Origin: Candidatus Acidiferrum sp.
GTDB lineage: Bacteria; Methylomirabilota; Methylomirabilia; Rokubacteriales; CSP1-6
Length of the DNA: 64,000 bases
Assembly: GCA_035317605.1 (NCBI GenBank)
Contig: DATHGT010000197.1
Coordinates: 3,883 to 67,882, forward strand
Direction: 5' to 3'
Position 1 is the first letter of the stretch, and every line of letters begins with the position of its first letter. A program made the position numbers and the translations under genes. This document shows, piece after piece, positions 51,423 to 60,851 of the stretch. Below the pieces are notes generated by a model. That model did no database searches. It worked only from the letters and a program-made list of their open reading frames with translations, and was not told where the DNA came from.

Positions 51423-53215
51423 CGGTAGAGGTCTTCGAGCGCGTCCCGGTATTTCTCGGAAACGACCTTGCGCTTGACCTTGAGGGTGGGGGTCAGCTCC
51501 CCACCCTCCTGGGTGAAGTCCTGGGCCAGGAGGGTGAACTTCTTGATCTTGGCGTACGACTGGAGCTGCGTGTTCTTCTCCTCCACCGTGCGGCCGACCC
51601 GCGCGACCACCTTCGGGTTCTTCACGGTCACGGCGGGATCGGTGGTGAGGATCCCCTGCTCGCGGGCGAACTTCGTCAGCTCCTCGGGGTTGAGGGTGAT
51701 CAGGGCCACCGGGAACGGTCGCCGGTCGCCGTACACCATGGCCTGACTGATGAACGGATCGGTCTTGAGCAGATTCTCGATGTTCTGGGGCGCCAGGTTC
51801 ATGCCGCCCGCGGTGACGATGAGGTCCTTCTTCCGGTCGGTGATGTAGAGGAAGCCCTCGTCGTCGAGCCGGCCGATGTCGCCGGTGTGGAACCAGCCCG
51901 TCGGCTCGAAGACCTCCGCCGTCGCCTCGGGCTGCTTGTAGTACCCGCGGGTGGCGATGTTGGGGCCGCGGGCGAGGATCTCGCCGTCACCGGCGATCTT
52001 CAGCTCGACGCCGCTGAGCGCCTGCCCCACCGAGCCGAACTTGAAGCGCGAGGGCCGGTTGAAGGTGAGCGCGGGACACGTCTCGGTCAGCCCGTAGCCT
52101 TCGAGCACCAGGATGCCGGCCGCGTGGAAGAATTCCGCGATGTCCGGCGACAGCGGGGCGCCGCCCGACACCGCCCACCGCAGGCGGCCTCCGAGGGCGG
52201 CGTGGAGCTTCTCGAAGACGAGCCGGTCGGCCAGCTTGCGCTTGAAGGCGAGCCCGCCGGCCACGGGCTGGCCGGCCCGCTGGCGGCGACTCACCTCGCG
52301 CCCGACGTCCATGGCCCAGTTGAAGATCCGCTTCTTGATGGGCGAGCCCGCGTCCACCCCGGCGAGGATCCGCCCGTACACTTTTTCGAACACCCGCGGC
52401 ACGCTGCAGATGAAGTGCGGGCGCACCTCCTTGAGGTTGTCGCCGACCTTGTCCAGGTTCTCGGCGAAGGCGGTGGTCAGCCCCTTGTACGGCCCCAGGA
52501 ACGACTCGAGCCGCGCGAACGAGTGGGCCAAGGGCAGGAACAACAGGTGTACCCACCCCTCCTCCGCCGGGGTGGCCTGCCCGGAGGCGGTGACGGCGGC
52601 GAGGTGATTGCCGTGGGTCTGCACCACGCCCTTGGGCGGTCCCGTGGTGCCGGAGGTGTATACGATGGTGGCCACGTCGTCCGACGTGGTCGCCGCCACC
52701 CGGTCGGCCAGCGTGCTCTGGTGCGCCTCGCGCGCCTCCCGGCCGAGCCGGCGCAGGGTGTCCCAGGTCATCACGGCCTCGGCCGGCTGCTGCGCGTCGT
52801 AGCCGGACATCACCACGATCTGCTCGAGGCCTTTCATGTCCGGCCGGGCCTCCAGGGCCTTGGCGAGCTGCGAGGGGTCCTCGACGATCAGGGTCTTGGC
52901 CTGCGAGTCGTTCACCACGTAGGCGATCAGGTGCGGCGGATAGCTCGGGTAGATCGGCACGGTCACGCAGCCCGCGCTGAAGATGGCCATGTCGGCCTGC
53001 GCCCACTCCGCGCGGCTCGACGACAGCAGCGCGACCGCCTCGCCCTTCTGGCGGCCCAGCGCGATCAGCCCGAGGGCCAGCTCCCGCACGACGTCACCGA
53101 CGTGCCGCCAGGTGATCGTCTTCCAGGTCCCCTGCTCCTTGAACTGCTGGGCCGGTTGGTCACCGCTCTTCTCCACACGGTCCCAGAACATCCGGGCCAG
53201 CGTGTCGTTCGCCAT
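51419..53215 (-). CDS. fadD: Long-chain fatty acid--CoA ligase (AMP-dependent)
   Basis: YTSGTTGPPKG, LPLAHSF, EGYGLTET, GWFHTGDIG, DRKKDLI. Confidence 0.92.
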   Translation of the reverse strand: MANDTLARMFWDRVEKSGDQPAQQFKEQGTWKTITWRHVGDVVRELALGLIALGRQKGEAVALLSSSRAEWAQADMAIFSAGCVTVPIYPSYPPHLIAYVVNDSQAKTLIVEDPSQLAKALEARPDMKGLEQIVVMSGYDAQQPAEAVMTWDTLRRLGREAREAHQSTLADRVAATTSDDVATIVYTSGTTGPPKGVVQTHGNHLAAVTASGQATPAEEGWVHLLFLPLAHSFARLESFLGPYKGLTTAFAENLDKVGDNLKEVRPHFICSVPRVFEKVYGRILAGVDAGSPIKKRIFNWAMDVGREVSRRQRAGQPVAGGLAFKRKLADRLVFEKLHAALGGRLRWAVSGGAPLSPDIAEFFHAAGILVLEGYGLTETCPALTFNRPSRFKFGSVGQALSGVELKIAGDGEILARGPNIATRGYYKQPEATAEVFEPTGWFHTGDIGRLDDEGFLYITDRKKDLIVTAGGMNLAPQNIENLLKTDPFISQAMVYGDRRPFPVALITLNPEELTKFAREQGILTTDPAVTVKNPKVVARVGRTVEEKNTQLQSYAKIKKFTLLAQDFTQEGGELTPTLKVKRKVVSEKYRDALEDLYR

Positions 53216-53393
53216 GGGGGTCCTCCTCGTATCTCTTTGCCGACGGTGAACGTTCCGCCGCATTGTCGCATCGGTGCGCCCGCCTGGTTGACGCACTGCG
53301 AAAAACACCTTGCCTCTGATAACGCGACGCGTTAGTCTGATTCTGACGGCGGCCGCGAGGCCACCGAAAGACCGGACGATGCAGGAGGACGAC

Positions 53394-53648
53394 ATGGACG
53401 ACGCGGCGCGGGCTCAGGAAATGTGGACGCAGGTCACGGGCAAGAACTTCGAGATGCTCACGGTGTGGGCCGACGCCAACCAGCGCATGCTGCAGGACTG
53501 GGTCGACTTCACGTCGGGCGCGACCAAGGAAGGGCTGCGTCTCTACGGCGAGATGCAGACCAAGGCCCTCGAGGGCATGAAGGCGTGGGCGACGCTCACG
53601 GACGCGGTGGCCAAGACGACGAAGGAGACCTACGCGCGGGCCGCCTAG
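53394..53648 (+). CDS. Putative phasin (PHA granule protein)
   Basis: 84-aa amphipathic all-helical protein after SD GGAGG, next to phaR; assignment mainly by context. Confidence 0.6.
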   Translation: MDDAARAQEMWTQVTGKNFEMLTVWADANQRMLQDWVDFTSGATKEGLRLYGEMQTKALEGMKAWATLTDAVAKTTKETYARAA

Positions 53649-54139
53649 GCGGGCTTGCCCTTCCGCTTTTCCAGACGTTCTTCCAGCGCGCGGAGCCGCT
53701 CGCGGAGCGAGGAGACTTCCTCGCGGAGATGTTCGGCGTCCGGCTCCGCGCCTTCCCGCCGCGGCTCGGCGGCCGGGTTCGGTCCCCATCCGGAGCGGGC
53801 GGTCCACTCGCGGAACACGCGCTCCATCTCGCGCTGGTTGGTCACGACGCCCTCGAGGCTCGAGCGCATCGAGCGCTGGACGAATTCCTGCCACGCCTGG
53901 CCGTGCTTGATGAGCTGGTGCAGGAAGCCCGTGGGCAGTGTCCCGCGATGGTTCCGTTCGTGCTCGAGGATGATCTGGGTGAGGGTGACGGAGGTGAGGT
54001 CGTCGCCGGAGGCCGCGTCGACCACCGAGATCTCGCGGCCGCCGCGGATCATCTCCTCGATCTCGTCGAGGGTGACGTAGCGGCTCTCCTGGGTGTCGTA
54101 CAGTTTTCGATTCGAATACCGCTTGATCACGTACGCCAT
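53645..54139 (-). CDS. phaR: PHA synthesis repressor PhaR
   Basis: IKRYSNRKLYDTQESRYVTL, D...G.DLT..TLTQII, LP..FL..LI. Confidence 0.9.
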   Translation of the reverse strand: MAYVIKRYSNRKLYDTQESRYVTLDEIEEMIRGGREISVVDAASGDDLTSVTLTQIILEHERNHRGTLPTGFLHQLIKHGQAWQEFVQRSMRSSLEGVVTNQREMERVFREWTARSGWGPNPAAEPRREGAEPDAEHLREEVSSLRERLRALEERLEKRKGKPA

Positions 54140-54277
54140 CGACGTCGTCCCCTGGGGCCGCCCTGCCCACCCGGTAGGCACCTCGCAAATCCGCCCGAAT
54201 CTAACACCGCGCGTCAAGCCCGACAAGAAGGGCGATGCTAGACTGAACGTCTCGACCTACCCCGCTGGAGGCAATTC

Positions 54278-55021
54278 ATGAAGCTCACCGGCCGGACTGC
54301 TCTCGTCACCGGAGGCTCGCGCGGCATCGGGCGCGCCATCGCCCTGGCTCTTGCCGAGGAGGGCGCGGACGTCGCGGTCAACTACGTCGCGAACGAAGGT
54401 GCCGCGCGCGACGTCGTCGCCCAGATCGAGAAGACCGGCCGGCGCGGGATGATCGCCCAGGCCGACGTCGGCGATTTTCCCGACACCTTTCGCATGGCCC
54501 AGAGCGTGATCAAGGAGTTCGGTCACCTCGACATCCTCGTCAACAACGCCGGCATCAACTCCGACAAGACGTTCGTGAAGATGGATCACGCCTCGTGGCG
54601 CAAGGTGCTCTCCATCAACCTCGACGGCGTGTTCAACTGCACCAAAGTGTTCGTCGACCAGATGCTCAAGCAGAACTACGGCCGCGTGGTCAACATCACC
54701 TCGGTGATCGGGCAGATCGGCAACTTCGGCCAGGCCAACTACGCGGCCTCCAAGGCCGGGGTGGCCGCGTTCACGAAGTCGCTGGCCAAGGAGCTGGCCG
54801 GCAAGGGCGTCACTGTCAACGCGGTCGCGCCGGGATTCATCGAGACCGAGATGGTGGACAGCATCCCCGAGAAGGTGAAGGCCCGCCTGCTCGACCAGAT
54901 CCCGCTGAAGCGCTTCGGCTCCGTCGAGGAGGTGGCGCGGGCCGTGGTCTACATCGTCTCGTCCGACGGTGACTACATCACCGGCGCCGAGGTGTCGATC
55001 AACGGCGGCTTGTTGATGTAG
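54278..55021 (+). CDS. phaB: Acetoacetyl-CoA reductase (PhaB/FabG-like)
   Basis: [43 protein letters not shown]; PHA context. Confidence 0.85.
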   Translation: MKLTGRTALVTGGSRGIGRAIALALAEEGADVAVNYVANEGAARDVVAQIEKTGRRGMIAQADVGDFPDTFRMAQSVIKEFGHLDILVNNAGINSDKTFVKMDHASWRKVLSINLDGVFNCTKVFVDQMLKQNYGRVVNITSVIGQIGNFGQANYAASKAGVAAFTKSLAKELAGKGVTVNAVAPGFIETEMVDSIPEKVKARLLDQIPLKRFGSVEEVARAVVYIVSSDGDYITGAEVSINGGLLM

Positions 55022-55559
55022 CGGCGGTCAGCATCGAGAGGCCGAAAGTGGCCCAGAGGGTCATGGCGCGGGCGGCCCAGGTCCAGGGCTGGAGGGCGAG
55101 CAGCACCGCGGGAACGGACGCCGGACGCTCGTAGACGACCGGGGCGCGCGAGGGCATGACCCAGGCCTCACCCGTCAGCACTTCTTCGCCGTGCTGATTG
55201 AGGCACACCGTCGACAAGCGAATACGGTTACGCTCACCCATCAGCTCCACCACCGTCACCCGCGCGGTGATGGTGTCGCCGACCTTCACCGGCTTCAGGA
55301 ACTTCAAGGTCTGCGACAGATAGATGGCGCCCGGACCGGGGAGCTCGGTCCCGATGGCCGCCGAGATCAGTCCCGCGGTGAAGACGCCGGGAGCGATCGG
55401 CTCCTTGAACGACGTGCCCGCCGCGTACTCCGGATCGCTGTGGATGGGGTTGTAGTCGCCGACGGCTTCGACGAACTCCGCCACCCCGTCGGCGTCCACC
55501 TGACGGACGACCTCGGCGACGTCGCCCGTCCGCAGCTCGTGAATCGTCTTGCCGATCAT
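54999..55559 (-). CDS. phaJ: (R)-specific enoyl-CoA hydratase (MaoC/PhaJ-like) with C-terminal amphipathic extension
   Basis: GDYNPIHSD, PGPGAIYLSQTLKFLKPVKVGD; about 50-aa extra tail. Confidence 0.82.
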   Translation of the reverse strand: MIGKTIHELRTGDVAEVVRQVDADGVAEFVEAVGDYNPIHSDPEYAAGTSFKEPIAPGVFTAGLISAAIGTELPGPGAIYLSQTLKFLKPVKVGDTITARVTVVELMGERNRIRLSTVCLNQHGEEVLTGEAWVMPSRAPVVYERPASVPAVLLALQPWTWAARAMTLWATFGLSMLTAATSTSRR

Positions 55560-56113
55560 GCACGCTCCTTCGGGGCCGTGTCCGGCCCCCGCGGGGCCGA
55601 AGCCGGGTCCGGCCCCCGCTGGACGGCCCTCAAGACGGCGTTCACGGCCTCCTCGATCCGCTCCACCCGCTCTTCCAGCTCGACGATCTGCCGGGCCACC
55701 GCGGTGAGCTGGGTGCGCGAGGCCAGGTTGAGGGTCTGCAGCGCCTGGTCGATCCCCTGCTCCGCGGCCTTCTTCATCGGGGCCGTGGTCACCAGCCACT
55801 GGTCGAGGTAACGGCCCAGCATCTGGGCGAAGGCCTCGGTGTTCATGACCTGGCTCAGCGCCCGCGACCACGCGTCGATGGACTGGTCGAGGAACTGCTT
55901 CCACTGCGACATCACGTCGGGCGTCATCGGGGTCTGGGCAAAGGCGCGGGCGGACGCCTGCACCCACTGCTCGACGAGCGGGCGCCAGAACGCCATCGGG
56001 TCCGCGGGCGGCGGCGGCGCGGCCGGCTGGGAGAACACCTTGCCCCACGCCGCGGCGCCTTCCTCGAGCTGCTTGCGCCACATGTCGAAGAGCTGCGCGC
56101 CGCTGTCACTCAT
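55556..56113 (-). CDS. phaE: PHA synthase small subunit (PhaE / class IV PhaR-like), 185 aa
   Basis: Trp/Gln-rich helical protein, LNLASR..L, C-terminal coiled coil LEERVERIEE; immediately downstream of phaC. Confidence 0.75.
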   Translation of the reverse strand: MSDSGAQLFDMWRKQLEEGAAAWGKVFSQPAAPPPPADPMAFWRPLVEQWVQASARAFAQTPMTPDVMSQWKQFLDQSIDAWSRALSQVMNTEAFAQMLGRYLDQWLVTTAPMKKAAEQGIDQALQTLNLASRTQLTAVARQIVELEERVERIEEAVNAVLRAVQRGPDPASAPRGPDTAPKERA

Positions 56114-56131
56114 CGTTCATTCCTCCATCCG

Positions 56132-57262
56132 TCAGGACGACCGGGGAGCGAGCCAGCCGGAGACCTTGGGCCAGCAGTGCAGGGCCGCGCCCCGTCCGGC
56201 GATCAGCGAGATGTGGCCACCGGGCAGCTCGACGTACTCCTTGTCGCGGCTCGACACCGCGTCCATCAGCGCCCGCACGCAGGCCGGCGGCGCGATGTAG
56301 TCCTCCTTGGCCCCCACCACGAAGAGCGGACACGTGACCGACGACAGGCGGACCGGCCGTCCGCCGAAGACGAGCTCGCCGCGAAAGAGCTTGTTGCCCT
56401 GGTAGAAATCGCGCACCCACTGGCGGAAGAACTCGCCGGGAAACGCCACGTACTCGTTGGCCCACTTGTTCAGCGCGTTGAAGCCCTCGACGTACTTGTC
56501 GTTCCACGAGTTCCACCAGAGGTTGAGGTTGGTCGACAGATCCATGGTGGGCTTGAGCAGCTTGAACCCCGCCTTGACGAGGTCCGCGGGCACCGCGCCC
56601 AGCGTGTCGACGAAGCGGTCGACGTTGAAGTGTTTCCGGTCGAGCCAGAGGCCGAACATGCCGACCTGGGAGAAGTCGATGGGGCCGGCCATGTCGATGT
56701 AGTTGCGGACGGGGACCTCGGGATGCGAGGCCACGAACGAGATCGACAGCGGCGCGCCCATGCAGTACCCGAGGACGGACAGCGAGTCGGCCCCGGAAGT
56801 CTCCAGGACTTTGCGGGCCATCTTGGGCAGGATCTTGACCACGCACTCCTCGAACGTCAGCCCGTTGTCCTCCGGGCCGAAGACGCCCCAGTCGAGCAGG
56901 TAGAAGTCGAACCCCTTGCCGGTCATGTGCTCGACGAAGCTGCCGCCGGGCAGCAGGTCGAAGATGTAGGGACGGCTGATGCCGAGGTTCGGCACGAACA
57001 GCACGGGGGTGGCGTGCTCGCGCCGGGACTGATAGCGGTAGAGACGCGACTTGTTGGTCCGGTAGATCTCCTCGCGCGGCGTGCACCCCACCTTGGGCTC
57101 GGTGGGATTGAGCATCATCTCCGAGAGGTTCTGGGCGCGGCGGATCTGGCGGTCGATCTCCTCCTGCCAGCGCCGGGCCGCGTCGGGGTCGACCGCCGCC
57201 GCCCCGTTCTGATAGCCGGCGGCAAAACGCTCCACGATATCGGCGAACCGTTCCTGCCCCAT
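56132..57262 (-). CDS. phaC: Class III/IV-type PHA synthase catalytic subunit
   Basis: GCTPRE, SRPYIFDL, lipase box GYCMG, KEDYIAP (Asp), GGHIS (His); 376 aa. Confidence 0.9.
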   Translation of the reverse strand: MGQERFADIVERFAAGYQNGAAAVDPDAARRWQEEIDRQIRRAQNLSEMMLNPTEPKVGCTPREEIYRTNKSRLYRYQSRREHATPVLFVPNLGISRPYIFDLLPGGSFVEHMTGKGFDFYLLDWGVFGPEDNGLTFEECVVKILPKMARKVLETSGADSLSVLGYCMGAPLSISFVASHPEVPVRNYIDMAGPIDFSQVGMFGLWLDRKHFNVDRFVDTLGAVPADLVKAGFKLLKPTMDLSTNLNLWWNSWNDKYVEGFNALNKWANEYVAFPGEFFRQWVRDFYQGNKLFRGELVFGGRPVRLSSVTCPLFVVGAKEDYIAPPACVRALMDAVSSRDKEYVELPGGHISLIAGRGAALHCWPKVSGWLAPRSS

Positions 57263-57356
57263 GCGCGCGCTCCTTTTCGCTAGTGAGCCGTCACGCTGAG
57301 TATCACATCATGGAGCACCGCGCCAATGATTTTTCGCGGCGCGTCAAGAACCGCGA

Positions 57357-57677
57357 CTACATCGCGAACATCGAGCCGAGCTTCATGGCGAGGCCCATGT
57401 CGCCCTTGAGCTTGAGCTTGCCGGACATGAAGAGCATCTGGCCCGATTGCTTGCCGCTCGTCATGTCGAGCCAGTCCTGGGCCGCCATCGAGAGCGTGAG
57501 GGCCGGGTTGGTGCCGGCGCCCTCGGCCACCGCGCAGGTGCCGTCCTTGATCACCGCGTGCCACGTCCCGCCGCCCTCGCCGCTGATGTCGTACTGGATC
57601 ACCGCGTTGGTCCCGGCCGCGCGCTCGGGCTTGAACCGCGGACCCATCGCCTCGAACGTCTCCTTGACCGTCGGCAT
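57357..57677 (-). CDS. Stand-alone SCP2 sterol/lipid-binding domain protein
   Basis: IQYDISGEGGGTW, LFMSGKLKLKGDMGLAMKL. Confidence 0.93.
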   Translation of the reverse strand: MPTVKETFEAMGPRFKPERAAGTNAVIQYDISGEGGGTWHAVIKDGTCAVAEGAGTNPALTLSMAAQDWLDMTSGKQSGQMLFMSGKLKLKGDMGLAMKLGSMFAM

Positions 57678-57721
57678 CGCGTCCCTCCTCAGAAGTGAAC
57701 AGACTCAGAACGTGCCATGTC

Positions 57722-58471
57722 TCAGAACGTGAACAGGTCCATGCCCCCGGTGACCGTGAGCACGGCCCCAGTGATGTAGCGCGCCCGCTCCGAGCAGAGG
57801 AACGCGATGGCGTGGGCCACGTCCTCCGGCTCGCCCTCCCGCTGCATGGCGACGCGCTTGGCCATGCGCTCGTACATCGGACTCAGCTGCGCGTTGGGTC
57901 CCACGATGCCCGGGGCGATCACGTTGGAGGTCACGCCGTAGCGCGCGCCCTCCAGCGCGACCGACCGGGCGAACCCGATCAGCCCCATCTTGGTCGTGGC
58001 GTAGGCGGTCTGCCCGAAGCCGCCCATCAACCCGGCGATCGAGGCCATGCAGATGACGCGCCCCCATCGGCGCTCGCGCATGCCCGGGAACACCGCCTTG
58101 GTGACGTGGTAGCTGCCGGTGAGGTTCACCGCGAGGTTCAGCTCCCAGTCCGCGTCGTTCATGTCCTTGAGCTGGGCCATCGTGAAGATGATCCCGGCGT
58201 TGTTCACGCAGATGTCGACGGGGCCGAGATCGCGCGTCACCGCGGCGACCGCGTCTCCGACCTGAGCCGCCTCGCGAACGTCGCACCCATAGCCGCGCGC
58301 GACTCCGCCGCCGGCTTCGATGGTCTTCGCGGTCTCCTCGGCGCCCTCGGCGTTGAGATCGAGGATCGCCACCCGACACCCTTCGGCGGCCAGCACGGTG
58401 GCGTCGGCCTGACCGATGCTGCGCGCGCCACCGGTCACCAACGCCACACGTCCGCTGATCCCGAGGTCCAA
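57722..58471 (-). CDS. SDR, 3-oxoacyl-(ACP/CoA) reductase-like
   Basis: TGGARSIG, NNAGI, GGFGQTAYATTK. Confidence 0.9.
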   Translation of the reverse strand: MDLGISGRVALVTGGARSIGQADATVLAAEGCRVAILDLNAEGAEETAKTIEAGGGVARGYGCDVREAAQVGDAVAAVTRDLGPVDICVNNAGIIFTMAQLKDMNDADWELNLAVNLTGSYHVTKAVFPGMRERRWGRVICMASIAGLMGGFGQTAYATTKMGLIGFARSVALEGARYGVTSNVIAPGIVGPNAQLSPMYERMAKRVAMQREGEPEDVAHAIAFLCSERARYITGAVLTVTGGMDLFTF

Positions 58472-58474
58472 TCC

Positions 58475-59248
58475 TTACTTCCCCTTGAACTCGGGCTCGC
58501 GCCTGGCGAAGAACGCCTGGATACCCTCGGCCGCGTCCTCGGTGCGGAGCGTCTGGAGAAACGCACGGGTCTCGATCTCCAGCGCCTGGTCGATGGGCGC
58601 GTCGAGCCCGTCGTCGACGGCTTCGATCAGCACGCGGGTGGCGACCGGCGGGCGCTTGGCGATCGCCCGCGCCAGCGTCTTGGCCTCGGCCAGCGTCTCG
58701 CCTTCCTTCGTCAATCGATTGACCAGACCCAGCGCGAGACACTCCGCCGCCGGCACCTGGGTGCCCAGCAGCATGAACTCCAGCGCCTTGGTGCGGCCGA
58801 TGAGCCGCGGCATACGCTGAGTCCCGCCGAAGCCGGGGATGATTCCGAGATTGGTCTCGGTCTGCCCCATCCGCGCGGTCTCCTTGAGCAGGCGGAGATG
58901 ACAGGCCATGGCGATCTCGCAGCCGCCGCCGAGGGCGTGACCGTTCATCGCCGCGATCACCGGCTTGGGAAAGCGCTCGATCTTGCGCAACACCCCGTTT
59001 CCGAAGCGGATGAAGTCCCGCATGTCGCCGCCCGAGAACGCCGAGCCGAGGTCGGCCCCGGCGCAGAAGATCCGATCGCCGGCCCCGGTGATGATGACCG
59101 CGCGCACCGCGTCGTCGTTTTCGAGGGAAGCGAGCGCGGCCGCCAGATCCTTCACGAGCTGCTCGCTGATCGCGTTGGCCGGCGGCCGGTTCAGCGTGAT
59201 GACCGCGAAGCGCTCCTCCCGCTCGAGGGAAAGCGTCTCAAACGGCAT
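58475..59248 (-). CDS. Enoyl-CoA hydratase/isomerase (crotonase)
   Basis: FCAGAD, NGHALGGGCEIAMAC, ETNLGIIPGFGGTQR. Confidence 0.93.
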   Translation of the reverse strand: MPFETLSLEREERFAVITLNRPPANAISEQLVKDLAAALASLENDDAVRAVIITGAGDRIFCAGADLGSAFSGGDMRDFIRFGNGVLRKIERFPKPVIAAMNGHALGGGCEIAMACHLRLLKETARMGQTETNLGIIPGFGGTQRMPRLIGRTKALEFMLLGTQVPAAECLALGLVNRLTKEGETLAEAKTLARAIAKRPPVATRVLIEAVDDGLDAPIDQALEIETRAFLQTLRTEDAAEGIQAFFARREPEFKGK

Positions 59249-59825
59249 GGGTCGTGATTCCCCTCAGGAACACCGAGGCGACGGGCTCGGCGGCGTCGCT
59301 CAATCGATACGCGCGTTTGCCCAGCACCCAGGACGTCGCGACCTGGTCCATGGCGCCGAACAGCATCTTGGTGGCGAGCTTGACCGGCACGTCGGAGCGG
59401 ATCTGCCCGCTGGCGATGCCAGCTTCCAGCACTCCGCCGATCAGCGCGAAGTAGGCGGAGACCTCGTGGGCCGAGGCGCCGCGGAAGAACTTGTGCCCCT
59501 GACGCAGCTCGACCTGGACGACCTCGGCCAGATCCGGGTTCGATTCCAGCACGCTGAAATGGAGCGCGACCAGCCGCCGCAGCTTGGCCACGGGATCGGG
59601 CTCGGCGGCGATCTCTCCGCGCACGACCTCGACCCACTCCGCCATCTTCTCGCGGAACAGCGTGACCAGGATCTCGTCCTTGGTCTTGAAGTAGAGATAG
59701 ATGGTCCCGCTGGCGATCCCCGCCTCGCGGGCGATGTCGGACACGCGCGAGTTGTAGAAGCCGGTGCGGGCGAACACGCGGATCGCCGCGTCGATGATCT
59801 GCTGAGGCTTGCCCGGATCGCGCAT
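59238..59825 (-). CDS. TetR-family regulator, FadR(YsiA)-like
   Basis: IIDAAIRVFARTGF, IAREAGIASGTIYLYFKTK, QVELRQ. Confidence 0.9.
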   Translation of the reverse strand: MRDPGKPQQIIDAAIRVFARTGFYNSRVSDIAREAGIASGTIYLYFKTKDEILVTLFREKMAEWVEVVRGEIAAEPDPVAKLRRLVALHFSVLESNPDLAEVVQVELRQGHKFFRGASAHEVSAYFALIGGVLEAGIASGQIRSDVPVKLATKMLFGAMDQVATSWVLGKRAYRLSDAAEPVASVFLRGITTHAV

Positions 59826-59833
59826 GGATTAGG

Positions 59834-59849
59834 GTGAACCGGCGTTCAT
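59834..59849. promoter_or_regulatory. Candidate TetR/FadR operator palindrome
   Basis: gtgaac-cggc-gttcat just upstream of the TetR start. Confidence 0.45.
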
Positions 59850-59860
59850 ACTAGCACTCG

Positions 59861-59879
59861 GGAGGGGGCTTCGCTCCTC
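59861..59879. repeat. Short REP-like hairpin sharing 12 nt with the core of the 48 kb element
   Basis: gcttcgctcctc at 59868-59879 is the reverse complement of gaggagcgaagc at 48118-48129. Confidence 0.4.
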
Positions 59880-59909
59880 GCCGCTCGAACCGGTGATAGG
59901 ATGCGCGCC

Positions 59910-60845
59910 ATGAAGATGAAATATCGTGTCGGTGTCATGCCGGGACCGTGGACGGACAAGCCTGACGGTGTCGAGCTGTTCTGGAAGTTCGTGGACCTGT
60001 GCGAATCCACCGACATCGATTCGGTGTGGTTCTCGGAGCGGTTGTCGTCGCCACAGCCCGTGCTCGAGCCCATGACCACGATGGCGGCGGTGGCCGCGCG
60101 CACGCGGCGGCTCAAGTTCGGTCCGAGCGTGCTGATCGCGCCGTTTCGCTCGCCGGTGCTGCTGGCGCGCGAGCTGGCCATGATCGACTACCTCTCGAAC
60201 GGGCGCATGCTCCCCGCGGTCGGCGTGGGCGCCGAGCAGGACCGCGAGTTCCGCGCCTCCGGCATCGCGGTGAAGGAGCGGGGCCGGCGCACCGACGAGA
60301 CCATCCGCATCCTGCGTCGCTGCTGGGCCGAGGACGAGGTCACCTTCGAGGGAGAGTTCTGGCAGCTTGACAAGATCACCGTGCTGCCCAAGCCCCGCCA
60401 GCAGCCGTTCCCGCTGTGGATCGGCGGCAATACGGAAATCGCCATGCGTCGCACCGGTCAGCTCGGCGACGGCTGGATTCCGTCGTTCATCCCACCCGAC
60501 GCGTTCGCCGCCGGCGTCGACAAGACTCACGCGTTCGCGACCGCCGCCGGCCGCGAGGTTCCCGCCGACCACTTCGGCGTGCTGGTCTACTTCGCCTTCG
60601 CGCCGGACCGCGCCACGGCCCGCGCCACCGCCGCCCCGTACATTCCGCGCAACCGCGCCGACGACGCGACCCTCGAGCGCTGCACCGCGTTCGGTCCCCC
60701 CGACGTCCTGATCGAGCGTCTCGAACAATACGTCAAAGGCGGCGCCTCGAAGTTCATCGTCCGCCCGATGGTCCCCCACGACCAGATGCTCGACCAGCTC
60801 GCCCAGCTGGCGGACAAAGTGGTTCCCCTCTTTCACGCTCGATAG
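59910..60845 (+). CDS. LLM-class (luciferase-like) flavin-dependent oxidoreductase
   Basis: SVWFSER, LSNGR, RGRRTDE, PKPRQQPFPLWIGG, GDGWIP. Confidence 0.9.
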   Translation: MKMKYRVGVMPGPWTDKPDGVELFWKFVDLCESTDIDSVWFSERLSSPQPVLEPMTTMAAVAARTRRLKFGPSVLIAPFRSPVLLARELAMIDYLSNGRMLPAVGVGAEQDREFRASGIAVKERGRRTDETIRILRRCWAEDEVTFEGEFWQLDKITVLPKPRQQPFPLWIGGNTEIAMRRTGQLGDGWIPSFIPPDAFAAGVDKTHAFATAAGREVPADHFGVLVYFAFAPDRATARATAAPYIPRNRADDATLERCTAFGPPDVLIERLEQYVKGGASKFIVRPMVPHDQMLDQLAQLADKVVPLFHAR

Positions 60846-60851
60846 ATCCGC

